64,000 nt of DNA from contig LUJP01000071.1 of NCBI GenBank assembly GCA_001689535.1, positions 3,183 to 67,182 on the forward strand, read 5' to 3'. This document shows positions 18,706 through 27,519 of this stretch, piece after piece (the first letter of the stretch is position 1; each line of letters starts with the position of its first letter). This stretch comes from Bacteroidales bacterium M5. GTDB lineage: Bacteria > Bacteroidota > Bacteroidia > Bacteroidales > Muribaculaceae. The translations under genes and the position numbers were made by a program. The notes under the pieces were generated by a model that was not told the origin of the DNA, made no database searches, and saw nothing but the letters and a program-made list of their open reading frames with translations.

Positions 18706-21261
18706 TTATTTCAGGATACTGCTGTCTATAGAGGTGTCGGCCTCCATGCGCTCGCGGTTCACTTTCTTACCGAAGTCGAAGCTATAGGTTACCTTGACCA
18801 TAGCCGCGAACCGTCCATGCATCCGTTGCGACATCTTATATGCGCTTACATCAATCCATTTTCTCACCTTAGCTCTTTCGTATGTATCGAACCAGCCATC
18901 TATCCGCCAATTACGGTGCATCCACGCCATGGAAAATTCCACACTCGCTGGGTCAAACGTACGTTGGTAGTTAGACACAAAGTAACGACTGGTGGAATTA
19001 CACCGCAAGTTGAAAGACAGGTTTCGCCAGTAATACATCAGACTAACCATTCCGGTAGCGAAATTGAACGGTTGTTTTTCAAGCTTGTTATCGTAGTCAA
19101 AATGACACAGAGAACCTCCGGTCTGTAAGGAGAAATTATCGCTGACCTTCCATGTCACCATCGGAGTAAAATTCACTGATTTGTAATCTCCATTGTAAGT
19201 TGTCAATACCAACTTGTCGGTCTCAGGCAGATAAGCGGTGGTCAACGCATTGTCCTGATATGTGCCGGTAAGATGCAACGCGAGATTCACGCGCCTGATT
19301 TGAGTGCTGTAGGTGAGATTGAGATTGTAGTGCTTCACATCTTTTAGCGACGGATTTCCTCTCCGCGACATTATCATGTCGATGGGCTGCTCGGCTTCAG
19401 TACGGTCCGAAAGTGATGGAGACGAATTTTTGATTTCAAATCGAAAATTAAGTTGTTGCGAACGTGTCGGATTGTAAGTGAGCTGAGTGTACACAACCGG
19501 CGAAATGTAATTTTCGTGGTCATAGTTATGGAGACCGGTGTTTATCATGGATAATCCGGAGCGCAGTGTGAAACGTAGCTGCTGGCTAAGACGATGGGTG
19601 TACTCTGCAAGCAGGAGCATGTCGGAGTTCCACATGTGTTGCCATGAACCGTATGTCCCGATGTAATCTGTCGAAGCGACCCTGAAATTATCTTTCAGAG
19701 AAAACAGCAGACTGTTGTTGTGTTTGAGACCCATTCTATACATCACCTGTGCGCTGAGATTGTAGGTCTTATCTTTCGTATCCGAGAATACGCCATCCTC
19801 GTCTGCCCGATAACGGTAATTATATTTGCTATGGGTATACGAGGCATTGAACGACGTCACCAGTACGTTATTTTCCCTCACGTTGAAATTGCCGTAAAAG
19901 CTCATTCGCGGACTCAGCGCAGTGTTGGCAGTCCGCGAGTTAGTAAGCTGAGTAAGGCTTATGGGTTCGGAATACACGGTGCGTCCCGAAGATGTCGCCA
20001 CGGAATGCGCACCCGTAAGCCCGGCCGTGAAACTCACCTGATGAGCTTCTCCGCTGTTCTTCACGGTAAGCTGTCCGTATTCCCCGTAATTTCTGTTGCG
20101 GCCGCCGATGGAATTGAAAGTGCGTTCAATCGAGCGGGAAAGCAGATTGAACTCCTCGTTTTTTTCCATCTGAACTGCAGCCCCGTTGTGCATTCTGTAG
20201 CCTCCGAACACATAATAATTCGTATTACCTTTATTTATCTTTCCGAAACCGTTGTATATGCCATCCAGATATCCGCATAGACTCTGCTGGGCGTCCAATG
20301 TCACATAACCGCCAGTTGTCTGCTGTCGGGTTATGAAGTTTATTGCGGCGAAGTCGCCTGCATAACGCCCTACCGGAGCATCATGGTATTCGATTTTCTC
20401 CACGTCCTTGGGTTTGAGATTCTGCACCATGCGGTATTCGGCCGGTTCGCCGTTTATGTAAAGCGACACGTTCTGGCCGAAAAGTGTCACGCTACCGTTG
20501 AACGGATTGACAACAAGACCGGGAAGCATCACATTACGGAGCAGCTGATAGCCCGTTGCTGCGTGCTTTACCTGCAGCTTTTCCGGTATAATCTGCAAAT
20601 AGCCGTCTACTCGGGTCATGGACTGCCCCTTTACGGTCACTTCTCCCAAAGTACGCGCTTCCGGTAAAAGAGTTATAGTTCCAGCATCAATTACGCCTCT
20701 GGCGATATCCATATCAACGGTTTTTGGTACAAAACCCATGGCCGACACTATCACACGGCAATTTCCTGTCTGATTGTTGCTGATCTCAAAACGCCCCTCA
20801 CCGTCTGTGGCCGACCCGCCTACAAACGTTGAATCCGCTGCAAGCAGCCTCACGGAGGCAAACTCTATGGGTTGACCGTCCGCTGACACTATTATACCTT
20901 TCAATGTGTTCCCTTTATGCGAATCCGTCGATACTGAGGCAGATTGGGTTGCGCGCTTGAGTTCTATTATCATTTTATCGTTGATATCCCCGTCCTTCAC
21001 GTTAAGTGTTCCGGTAACCGTCTCAAAACCCGGAGCCGAGATTCTGAGTATATAAGCTCCATCATCTATCGAGAACTTACAATATCCTTTATTATCTACA
21101 GAACGTGTGCCTAATACAGTTGAATCATTTTTCATGATTTCCCACTTGGCTTCTGTAACAGGTTTACCTGTGGACGCGTCCTGTACAAATCCACCGTATG
21201 TGCCCTTTCCGGAAGCACCCACGGCCACAAATATCAGCAGAATTGTCGTAATAAATCTCAT
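18706..21261 (-). CDS. Outer-membrane beta-barrel (TonB-dependent receptor-like) with two N-terminal carboxypeptidase-regulatory-like domains
   Basis: Signal peptide; two G.V.D...G.P..A / Y.L..S..GF modules; LGEVTV; plug-like YINGEP...VEKIEY; GNPSLK; terminal VTYSFDFGK. Start moved to 21261. Confidence 0.8.
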   Translation of the reverse strand: MRFITTILLIFVAVGASGKGTYGGFVQDASTGKPVTEAKWEIMKNDSTVLGTRSVDNKGYCKFSIDDGAYILRISAPGFETVTGTLNVKDGDINDKMIIELKRATQSASVSTDSHKGNTLKGIIVSADGQPIEFASVRLLAADSTFVGGSATDGEGRFEISNNQTGNCRVIVSAMGFVPKTVDMDIARGVIDAGTITLLPEARTLGEVTVKGQSMTRVDGYLQIIPEKLQVKHAATGYQLLRNVMLPGLVVNPFNGSVTLFGQNVSLYINGEPAEYRMVQNLKPKDVEKIEYHDAPVGRYAGDFAAINFITRQQTTGGYVTLDAQQSLCGYLDGIYNGFGKINKGNTNYYVFGGYRMHNGAAVQMEKNEEFNLLSRSIERTFNSIGGRNRNYGEYGQLTVKNSGEAHQVSFTAGLTGAHSVATSSGRTVYSEPISLTQLTNSRTANTALSPRMSFYGNFNVRENNVLVTSFNASYTHSKYNYRYRADEDGVFSDTKDKTYNLSAQVMYRMGLKHNNSLLFSLKDNFRVASTDYIGTYGSWQHMWNSDMLLLAEYTHRLSQQLRFTLRSGLSMINTGLHNYDHENYISPVVYTQLTYNPTRSQQLNFRFEIKNSSPSLSDRTEAEQPIDMIMSRRGNPSLKDVKHYNLNLTYSTQIRRVNLALHLTGTYQDNALTTAYLPETDKLVLTTYNGDYKSVNFTPMVTWKVSDNFSLQTGGSLCHFDYDNKLEKQPFNFATGMVSLMYYWRNLSFNLRCNSTSRYFVSNYQRTFDPASVEFSMAWMHRNWRIDGWFDTYERAKVRKWIDVSAYKMSQRMHGRFAAMVKVTYSFDFGKKVNRERMEADTSIDSSILK

Positions 21262-21368
21262 ACCTAAATTGATTATGATTGGTTGTTTTTTATATGACAC
21301 ATAACGATGCTCAAACGTTACATCACCTTCTGTATTTTAACCTTAGAATTAATTACAGAAATTAAATT

Positions 21369-21409
21369 GGGGCAATACGCATCTGTTATCAACAGGTGCA
21401 TATTGCCTC
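21369..21409 (-). promoter_or_regulatory. Stem-loop directly after the precursor stop codon (mRNA stabiliser or partial terminator)
   Basis: Minus-strand gaggcaatatgcacctgtt-gat-aacagatgcgtattgcccc, a 19-bp imperfect stem starting 3 nt after the stop. Confidence 0.65.
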
Positions 21410-21412
21410 TAT

Positions 21413-21676
21413 TTAACTCCAGTGAACACCGTTACAACCACAGCGGGCATCACAGCCACAGATATATGTGCCATCGCACTCACATTCCGAATTGCAGCCA
21501 CAGATATATGTGCCTCGACATTCACAACTATCCATTACATCATCTATAAGGTCAATAAGACCTCCAGGAAGCAATGGATCTGTTTCAAGACGGACTTCAA
21601 GTTCCTCCAGAAACATGCTGTCGTACAAATCGTCATTTAACGAAATAATACGCTCTTCTTTTTTAGGTTTTTCCAT
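21413..21676 (-). CDS. Cys-rich RiPP precursor peptide (87 aa, five CxC motifs)
   Basis: Acidic leader (..FLEELEVRLETDPL..) and core CECRGTYICGCNSECECDGTYICGCDARCGCNGVHWS; starts 3 nt after the rSAM stop. Confidence 0.85.
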   Translation of the reverse strand: MEKPKKEERIISLNDDLYDSMFLEELEVRLETDPLLPGGLIDLIDDVMDSCECRGTYICGCNSECECDGTYICGCDARCGCNGVHWS

Positions 21677-21679
21677 TTG

Positions 21680-23059
21680 TTAAACTTGTTTATTATTACA
21701 AAATTCTGAATATGCCTTATTTACAGCATCATTCAGTATCGAACTATAACGAAAACATAACTGTGTCTCTCGTTTTCCCTCAAACTCCTTTATCGCACAG
21801 TTACCACCACAAAAAAGTGCATATTTACAGTCTCGACAATTGTCACTATTGCCTACATGCTTTCCAAACCATCGGCTGCGGGCTTCCGTCCACTCTATTG
21901 CCGGACGGTTAAAATAACCTATTGAGTGTTCCTTCTTCCCCACTGTTTCAAGACACGTATATATTCCACCTTCCGGCGCAAACAGATGAGTACCGGTCTG
22001 GCCTGTACAAGCTTCCGCAACAAAACTAAGGCGTTTTCTTCCATTAAAATACCTACTGAAACTTCGGTGGATTCTTTCTTCACGGGAATGTGATAATCCG
22101 GATGAGGATGCCTTGAGATTTGCAAGAAATTCTTCCTTCCCCATGTATTTTAGAGATTTCGCTTTATTTACCCCTTTTATTTCATCTATGTTAGCGACAT
22201 ACATTTTAAAACGGGGATTATCATGATATCCTATTTCTTTGAAGTATTCTGTAAGCCTGTCAATGTCTTTAAAATTACCTCTTTCAGTATTAACACGGAC
22301 ACTTACCGGAATATCATGTTTCAAAAGCAATCCAATATTTGACATCACCTTATCGAAGCTCCCACCTTCTCTAAAATGATATTTACGTCTGTTATGATAC
22401 TCTCGCCAACCATCTATACTGACCTGAAAATCAATAAAATTTTCTATTGTCAATAAATCTTCGTAATAATCAAGATCATAACCATTAGTTATAACACTGA
22501 ATCTGTAACCATTTTCAACTCCTTTCTCAACAATATATTTTACTATATCGTGATTTTCACGCAACAATGGTTCTCCACCATATAAAAGGATAGATTTCTT
22601 ATGAAGTTCCTTGCGCGGTTCAATCTCGAGCATCGCTTCGAAAGCACGGTCTACCAGTTCCGGCGTCATAGACAGCTTGGACCATGCTGTACCATGCTTG
22701 GATATAGCATTTTCAAAACAATAAGGACATCGGAAATTGCAGTCGTATGTAACCACAAAACCAAAATTCTTTTGCAATTTTAATCTTGACTCATGAAGCT
22801 TTTCAGCAAACTTTGCAACATAAGCTCGCTCCTCTTCCGTCGTTTTCGATGTGAGATATCCTCGCTTTCCCAACAATTCGATTTCTTCTGAACTTAAGTT
22901 GTTCCCATTCGGAAAATCCTTAAGAGTCTGCCACAGCTCACTGTCCACCACGTCGATGGCTCCCGTATAGCCGTGAACAAGCAAAGTCTTGCCGGGTTCT
23001 GCCTCAAGTGCAATAGGTATGGTGTAATCCGAGAGTCGGAGTGAATTGTCTAATGCCAT
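21680..23059 (-). CDS. Radical SAM/SPASM peptide maturase
   Basis: CNFRCPYC, YGGEPLL, ITNG, QVSIDG; SPASM C-x17-C...CRDC-x5-C-x3-C-x13-C; RRE-like N-terminus. Confidence 0.92.
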   Translation of the reverse strand: MALDNSLRLSDYTIPIALEAEPGKTLLVHGYTGAIDVVDSELWQTLKDFPNGNNLSSEEIELLGKRGYLTSKTTEEERAYVAKFAEKLHESRLKLQKNFGFVVTYDCNFRCPYCFENAISKHGTAWSKLSMTPELVDRAFEAMLEIEPRKELHKKSILLYGGEPLLRENHDIVKYIVEKGVENGYRFSVITNGYDLDYYEDLLTIENFIDFQVSIDGWREYHNRRKYHFREGGSFDKVMSNIGLLLKHDIPVSVRVNTERGNFKDIDRLTEYFKEIGYHDNPRFKMYVANIDEIKGVNKAKSLKYMGKEEFLANLKASSSGLSHSREERIHRSFSRYFNGRKRLSFVAEACTGQTGTHLFAPEGGIYTCLETVGKKEHSIGYFNRPAIEWTEARSRWFGKHVGNSDNCRDCKYALFCGGNCAIKEFEGKRETQLCFRYSSILNDAVNKAYSEFCNNKQV

Positions 23060-24999
23060 ATTATTTTGTTGTTATCTGATACTTCAAATATTCTTTCTTC
23101 CCGCCCACCCGTATGGTCGTGAAGCCACAGTAAAGCTCCGGCAGGAACTCCGGCAAACTTGATTTCATCGTCAGCCGGGGCAATCTGCCTTCCTGCCGAC
23201 AGCCATTTGCCATCGGAAGCATAAAACAATTCATACTCATGCCCCCGGCGTATACCATTGTCGTCATTACGTATAAGGAAGCGGATAGCACTCACCTTAG
23301 CCGGAGCGGGCAGTTCCAGACCGCCCCACGACCCGAGGTCGGAGGTATGGAAAAATGTAAGCGCGTCGCCGTCGAAAAGCATCCCGGCTCCATTGCGCGG
23401 ATAGTAAATGCTTGGTTTGTATCCGCCCATGACCTTGCCGCGGAGCGCCTTTCCTTCCGGATTCAGAAATTCCACCTCGGCCATATTGCCGTATGTGCTG
23501 TCGGAGGAAACGTAGCGCAGATAGCGGAACTCGGGATTTACAGAGGGGAGGGCCACAGGTGTGTAGCGAAAATCGGGAGTATCGGCTATGACATGGAGCA
23601 CCGTGGCGTTTCTGAACCCGGGATTGTCCGCTCCCTCAAAGCGCCCTCCCACTATCGATGCCGGATAATCTTTCAGAGTTTCCGAAACGGGATTTTTCCG
23701 CCATAATATCACGTCACCCCGCTTGCCTGAGATTTTGAATTCTTTTATGTCGCCGCTCTGCCCGAGAAGAAATGGATAACCGAACGGCCTGATCTCGCCC
23801 TCGGTATATGTAGCGGGCTGATAGACTATGTCTGTACCTACGTCGGCGAACCGCGCCTCGCCATGGGAGTTGCACGCCCATGCCACCGGCTCCCAGCCCA
23901 TAGGGGAAAACACGCACAGATACACGTATTCGGCATGCAGATTCCGCGGCACTTCCACCGTAACATCGGCCACCGGGACAGCATCAAAATCGGCCGTGAC
24001 ATCCACCATCGAGGGGCTGCGGAAGAGCGGAGGAACCGGCTCTCGGCTCACCGCCGCCAGTGAATTGGGGTTTATGCCGTAAGCCTGACGGTATATTTTT
24101 GTAATGCCGGAACTGAAGCGGTTAAGGTGATGGTCGGGGTTGTCCTCGGCTCCGGAGAAATCATGCCATCGCCCGTCATTGTCGAACACGGCATTGAAAG
24201 CATGCGAACCGTTCTTACGACCCCACCGCGGAATGAAATTAAGCGTTACAGGAATGCCCACTGCCCTCATGGCAAAAGCCGCCAAGGCAGCGTAATCGCC
24301 GCATACACCGAATTTTATATTAAACAGCGTAGAAGGCCGCATTGTAACCGGGAGAACCCCGCCCAATGCAATATGGGCCGGAAGCCGACGCAGCGAATCA
24401 TTGATGGCTATCGCCGCCTCGAGGGCGGTTGCCGTATCGGCCACGAGCGGTAAGAACCGGGCGGCATATACCTCTCGCCAAGGCTGCGCTTCTTCACTAC
24501 CCACGCGGTAGGGAAGCACGTATTCACAGAACTCTGCGAACGACAGATGGCTGTTCCATGGCTTGCCGCGGAGAGCCATAGCCCGGTCTACGTTGTCTAT
24601 AAGATAGGATGCCGGAAGCGTGGCCGCGTCAAGCCGCTTTTCGAGCGGCGCGTCGGCATACCGGGCGCCGCTGCGAAATTCGGCATAGATTGCCGGAATG
24701 TCGTACTCCGGCTGACGGATGGTATATACAGAGTCAATAAAGGCATAGAATTCGTTGACCGCAGGCCCTGCTACGGTGCCTTTGCCGGCCATGTTGGCCA
24801 CAAGGAAATGCATGGCGGCCGCGTGGAGCGAATCGCCGGGAGCAGAGTAATGGCCCAACGCCTCGCCGAGTTCGCGGCCGTTTGCACCGGCCTGGTGCAT
24901 CGTGGCCTCGAGGGCGTCGCTCACCGGGGCGCGTCCGCACGCGCCCGCAGCCACCGCCACAGCAAGAAGCATCAGTCTATTTCGAAGCTTCCCGACCAT
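23050..24999 (-). CDS. Transglutaminase-like lipoprotein with C-terminal discoidin/galactose-binding-like domains
   Basis: Lipobox AGAC, FLVANM, EYVLPYR, catalytic-type GVCGD...RAVGIP...SHAFN, FRYLRY, AEVEF, FDGDALT. Confidence 0.78.
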   Translation of the reverse strand: MVGKLRNRLMLLAVAVAAGACGRAPVSDALEATMHQAGANGRELGEALGHYSAPGDSLHAAAMHFLVANMAGKGTVAGPAVNEFYAFIDSVYTIRQPEYDIPAIYAEFRSGARYADAPLEKRLDAATLPASYLIDNVDRAMALRGKPWNSHLSFAEFCEYVLPYRVGSEEAQPWREVYAARFLPLVADTATALEAAIAINDSLRRLPAHIALGGVLPVTMRPSTLFNIKFGVCGDYAALAAFAMRAVGIPVTLNFIPRWGRKNGSHAFNAVFDNDGRWHDFSGAEDNPDHHLNRFSSGITKIYRQAYGINPNSLAAVSREPVPPLFRSPSMVDVTADFDAVPVADVTVEVPRNLHAEYVYLCVFSPMGWEPVAWACNSHGEARFADVGTDIVYQPATYTEGEIRPFGYPFLLGQSGDIKEFKISGKRGDVILWRKNPVSETLKDYPASIVGGRFEGADNPGFRNATVLHVIADTPDFRYTPVALPSVNPEFRYLRYVSSDSTYGNMAEVEFLNPEGKALRGKVMGGYKPSIYYPRNGAGMLFDGDALTFFHTSDLGSWGGLELPAPAKVSAIRFLIRNDDNGIRRGHEYELFYASDGKWLSAGRQIAPADDEIKFAGVPAGALLWLHDHTGGREERIFEVSDNNKIIWH

Positions 25000-25343
25000 T
25001 GACGGCTCCCGATAATCACAATTAAAGTGTAGCTTTCGCCGGGCATCAGCATCCGGCCGTCAATACGCCCCAGGCGGTCGCTGCCGGTAGTGATCTGCTG
25101 CACGGCCACAATGCCGTTCTCATCGGTTATCTCAACAGAGACGTTCTGCGAAGGCAGAGTTGTATGGATATAGACTGTGCCGCCGTCGAACCATGCCGTG
25201 GGAATCACCGGGGGCATCCGTCGGGGATCTTCCGGCCTCAACGGTCTTTCATCGGGGATATTTGCAATAAGATTAATTGCAGTCTCAGCCATACATCCGA
25301 GGCCGGTGAACGCTGCCAGCAGTGCGATAATGATTGCTTTCAT
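24972..25343 (-). CDS. Small secreted Ig-like protein (DUF3244-like)
   Basis: Signal peptide, basic/Pro RRMPP segment, then a beta-rich domain ending YTLIVIIGSRQWSGSFEI. Confidence 0.65.
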   Translation of the reverse strand: MKAIIIALLAAFTGLGCMAETAINLIANIPDERPLRPEDPRRMPPVIPTAWFDGGTVYIHTTLPSQNVSVEITDENGIVAVQQITTGSDRLGRIDGRMLMPGESYTLIVIIGSRQWSGSFEID

Positions 25344-25501
25344 ATTGAAAATGTTTTCCGCAAAGAAAGCTAACCCAAAATTACCCTGCAAATTTCACGA
25401 TTAACAAAAGATAACAAGCTGTGAGACGACAAAAACCTCACATTAACATGGAATTAACAACGACTGAGGATCAGCCATTTGCACCTATCGTAACACCAGA
25501 A

Positions 25502-27154
25502 TCAGAGAGACCGCAGGAATTCGTCCCAGTCGGCCGACCGGTCGCCCTTGCCATACCTACGGCTCAGACGCAGCCTTGCCATACCGACTCCATGTGCGCT
25601 TCCGCCAATAAGCACGGAGATACTCTTGTTGCCAAGATCAAGGCGCGCCAGAAGCGACACACGGTATTCCCGTTCCGTGAGCCCCAACGTGCGCAGCCGC
25701 GTGCAGAACCCGGGCAACGTCACATCCAGTGCCTCTTCAAGCGATGACCAGTCTGAATCAGTCATTTTTTCCACGCGGGAGCCTTCCAGCAGCGATTTAA
25801 TTCTTGATGTGGCATCCTGAGCGCTTAGCTCGCGGTCTGCGCGAGCCTCAGCCTGTTTCTTCATCTCCGAGCGCAATTCCATACTCTCCATACCGAGCTT
25901 CCGGTTCTCATCCTCCAGCTCACCCATGGCTTTCTCCATACGCAGTTTTTCAAGTTCAACACTGTAAGCTCTGGAGCGCTGACGGTAGTAGATTCCCAAG
26001 CCAAAGCCCAGCAAGCCAACAACCAAAGCCATCAAAGCAAACACGGTTCGCCTGAGGCGGTCGCCTGCCACCTGTAGCTCGATATTATCGCGCTCGCGTA
26101 GCGAATAATCGTAAGCCGCCTCCACACGCAGCGAAAGGGCCTGGTTTTATTCCCGTCGCAGAGAGTCGATCATATTATGATAGGTATAAATATGCTTAAG
26201 CGCCTCGCGGGGCTGACCATGCGCAAGATAGTACTCGGAGTAACAGATGAGTCCGAACATCTTTTCATAAGGATTGGCACCGGTAATCTCAAGATTGGCA
26301 TAGTGGAGACAAGAATCCCATTGCTTTGTTTTAAGATAATATCCCGCAAGAATAGAATTGCGGGTATACCTTTCATTATGATAGATGTGGGTTGGGAAAT
26401 GGTGACGCAGTATCGAATCGGCGCTTGCATAGCGGCCGGTCTCGTAGAAAAAGTTTATGAGTTGAAGGCGCAATTTGTCGCATCGATGGGGGTCTCCGAA
26501 AGCTTCGGCGAGTCGCCAGGCATTGCGGTAGCATGCGGCTGCACTGTCAGGCTTATGCAACGAGAGCAAAGCTCCTCCAACAATGCTCCAGCCCTGAATT
26601 ATACCCAAGGTATCGTTGGTATGTAAGGCTATGTCGAGCGAAGCGCGGGCGTGCTCCAGTTCCTTGGCATAAAGAAATTGTGAGCCATAAATCCAGCGCA
26701 TCTGGTCGTGGATTATCGACTGGCGCACGGAATTGCGGCCGGGAGACATGGCGGCGAGGGCGCGGCCGAAGTAATCGAGGGCGCGTGGATAGTCGCCCAT
26801 GTCGGAGTAAACGCGGCCGGCATAATAGAAGGCCTCGGGGCGGAGAGTGTCGGAGGTGCGGTGAGTGTAGTAGTCCAGGGCCGGGCGCAGAAGCGAGTCG
26901 GATGTGTGGGTGAGATATGCCTTGTCGGCCGCCTTGACCATGAGCAGACGCCAGCGCATGGCCACATCCTCGGGCGCATCGGCCATAAGCGGCTTCAGCA
27001 CCAGCAGCACACGCGCAGCCGAGTCGGGGCCCGCATGCTCGGCCAGCGAGTCGGCCAGATCAAGCTCCGCGTGGAGGCGCGAGCGCCCGCAGCCGCAGGC
27101 CGAGGCCAGCAGCAGACCCAGAAGAAAAATTATGGCAAGGCGCGAAGTGTTCAT
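25502..27154 (-). pseudogene. Membrane-anchored TPR sensor / HTH regulator interrupted by an in-frame TAA at 26147-26149
   Basis: ORFs 26147..27220 and 25502..26125 are in the same frame: ..LRRE*NQALSLRVEAAYDY.. Together they give TPRs, a TM helix, a coiled coil and a LuxR-like LTEREYRVSLL..ISVLI..RLRL. Confidence 0.8.
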
Positions 27155-27308
27155 AAACCGAAAGTGTGTGTGGCGCAACTGTGTGGCCTCAAAGATACGA
27201 CAACTCCCCGGCACCGCCAAATTTATCTGCCCCTCCCCAGCGCGGGCATGCGGAAAGGAAGTTACACAAATTTCAAGGTGATGCGTTGCGCGTGTCGCAA
27301 ATAATAGC

Positions 27309-27316
27309 TACTTTTG
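27309..27316 (+). promoter_or_regulatory. Bacteroidetes -7 promoter element upstream of the tRNA
   Basis: TACTTTTG matches TAnnTTTG. Confidence 0.45.
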
Positions 27317-27413
27317 CCTGAAATTGCATGGTAGCGCCTATGCGGAAAGTGCAGCATCCGGCGCCATCGGCAGAAACGGCACCCAGCGCCACGGGACGCC
27401 ACAGCCCCCGCAA

Positions 27414-27488
27414 GCCCCGGTAGTTCAACGGATAGAATAGAAGTTTCCTAAACTTTTGATAGCAGTTCGATTCTGCTCCGGGGTACCA
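27414..27488 (+). tRNA. tRNA-Arg (CCT)
   Basis: Acceptor GCCCCGG/CCGGGGT, D-arm TAGTTCAACGGATAGAA, anticodon arm GAAGT-TTCCTAA-ACTTT, T-loop GTTCGATTC, encoded CCA. Confidence 0.96.
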
Positions 27489-27519
27489 CAACAATCAATC
27501 AAATATCATCGGAAAAACT

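Noticed and set aside
15449..19128. Long plus-strand ORFs 15449..17107 and 17482..19128
   Set aside because: Antisense shadows of the M28 peptidase and the M50/barrel genes in GC-rich DNA; no recognisable motifs.
21560..21565. Gly-Gly in the precursor (LPGG) as a double-glycine cleavage site
   Set aside because: The cluster has no C39 peptidase/ABC transporter, and acidic leader-like sequence continues after the GG.
21307..21683. Plus-strand small ORFs overlapping the precursor (His-rich or Thr-rich repeats)
   Set aside because: They are antisense readings of the same 42-bp repeat; only the minus-strand ORF fits the operon.
27414..27488. tRNA-Arg as the integration site of the RiPP cluster
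   Set aside because: The cluster lies on the tRNA 5' side, and I found no integrase and no duplicated tRNA 3' end in the window.
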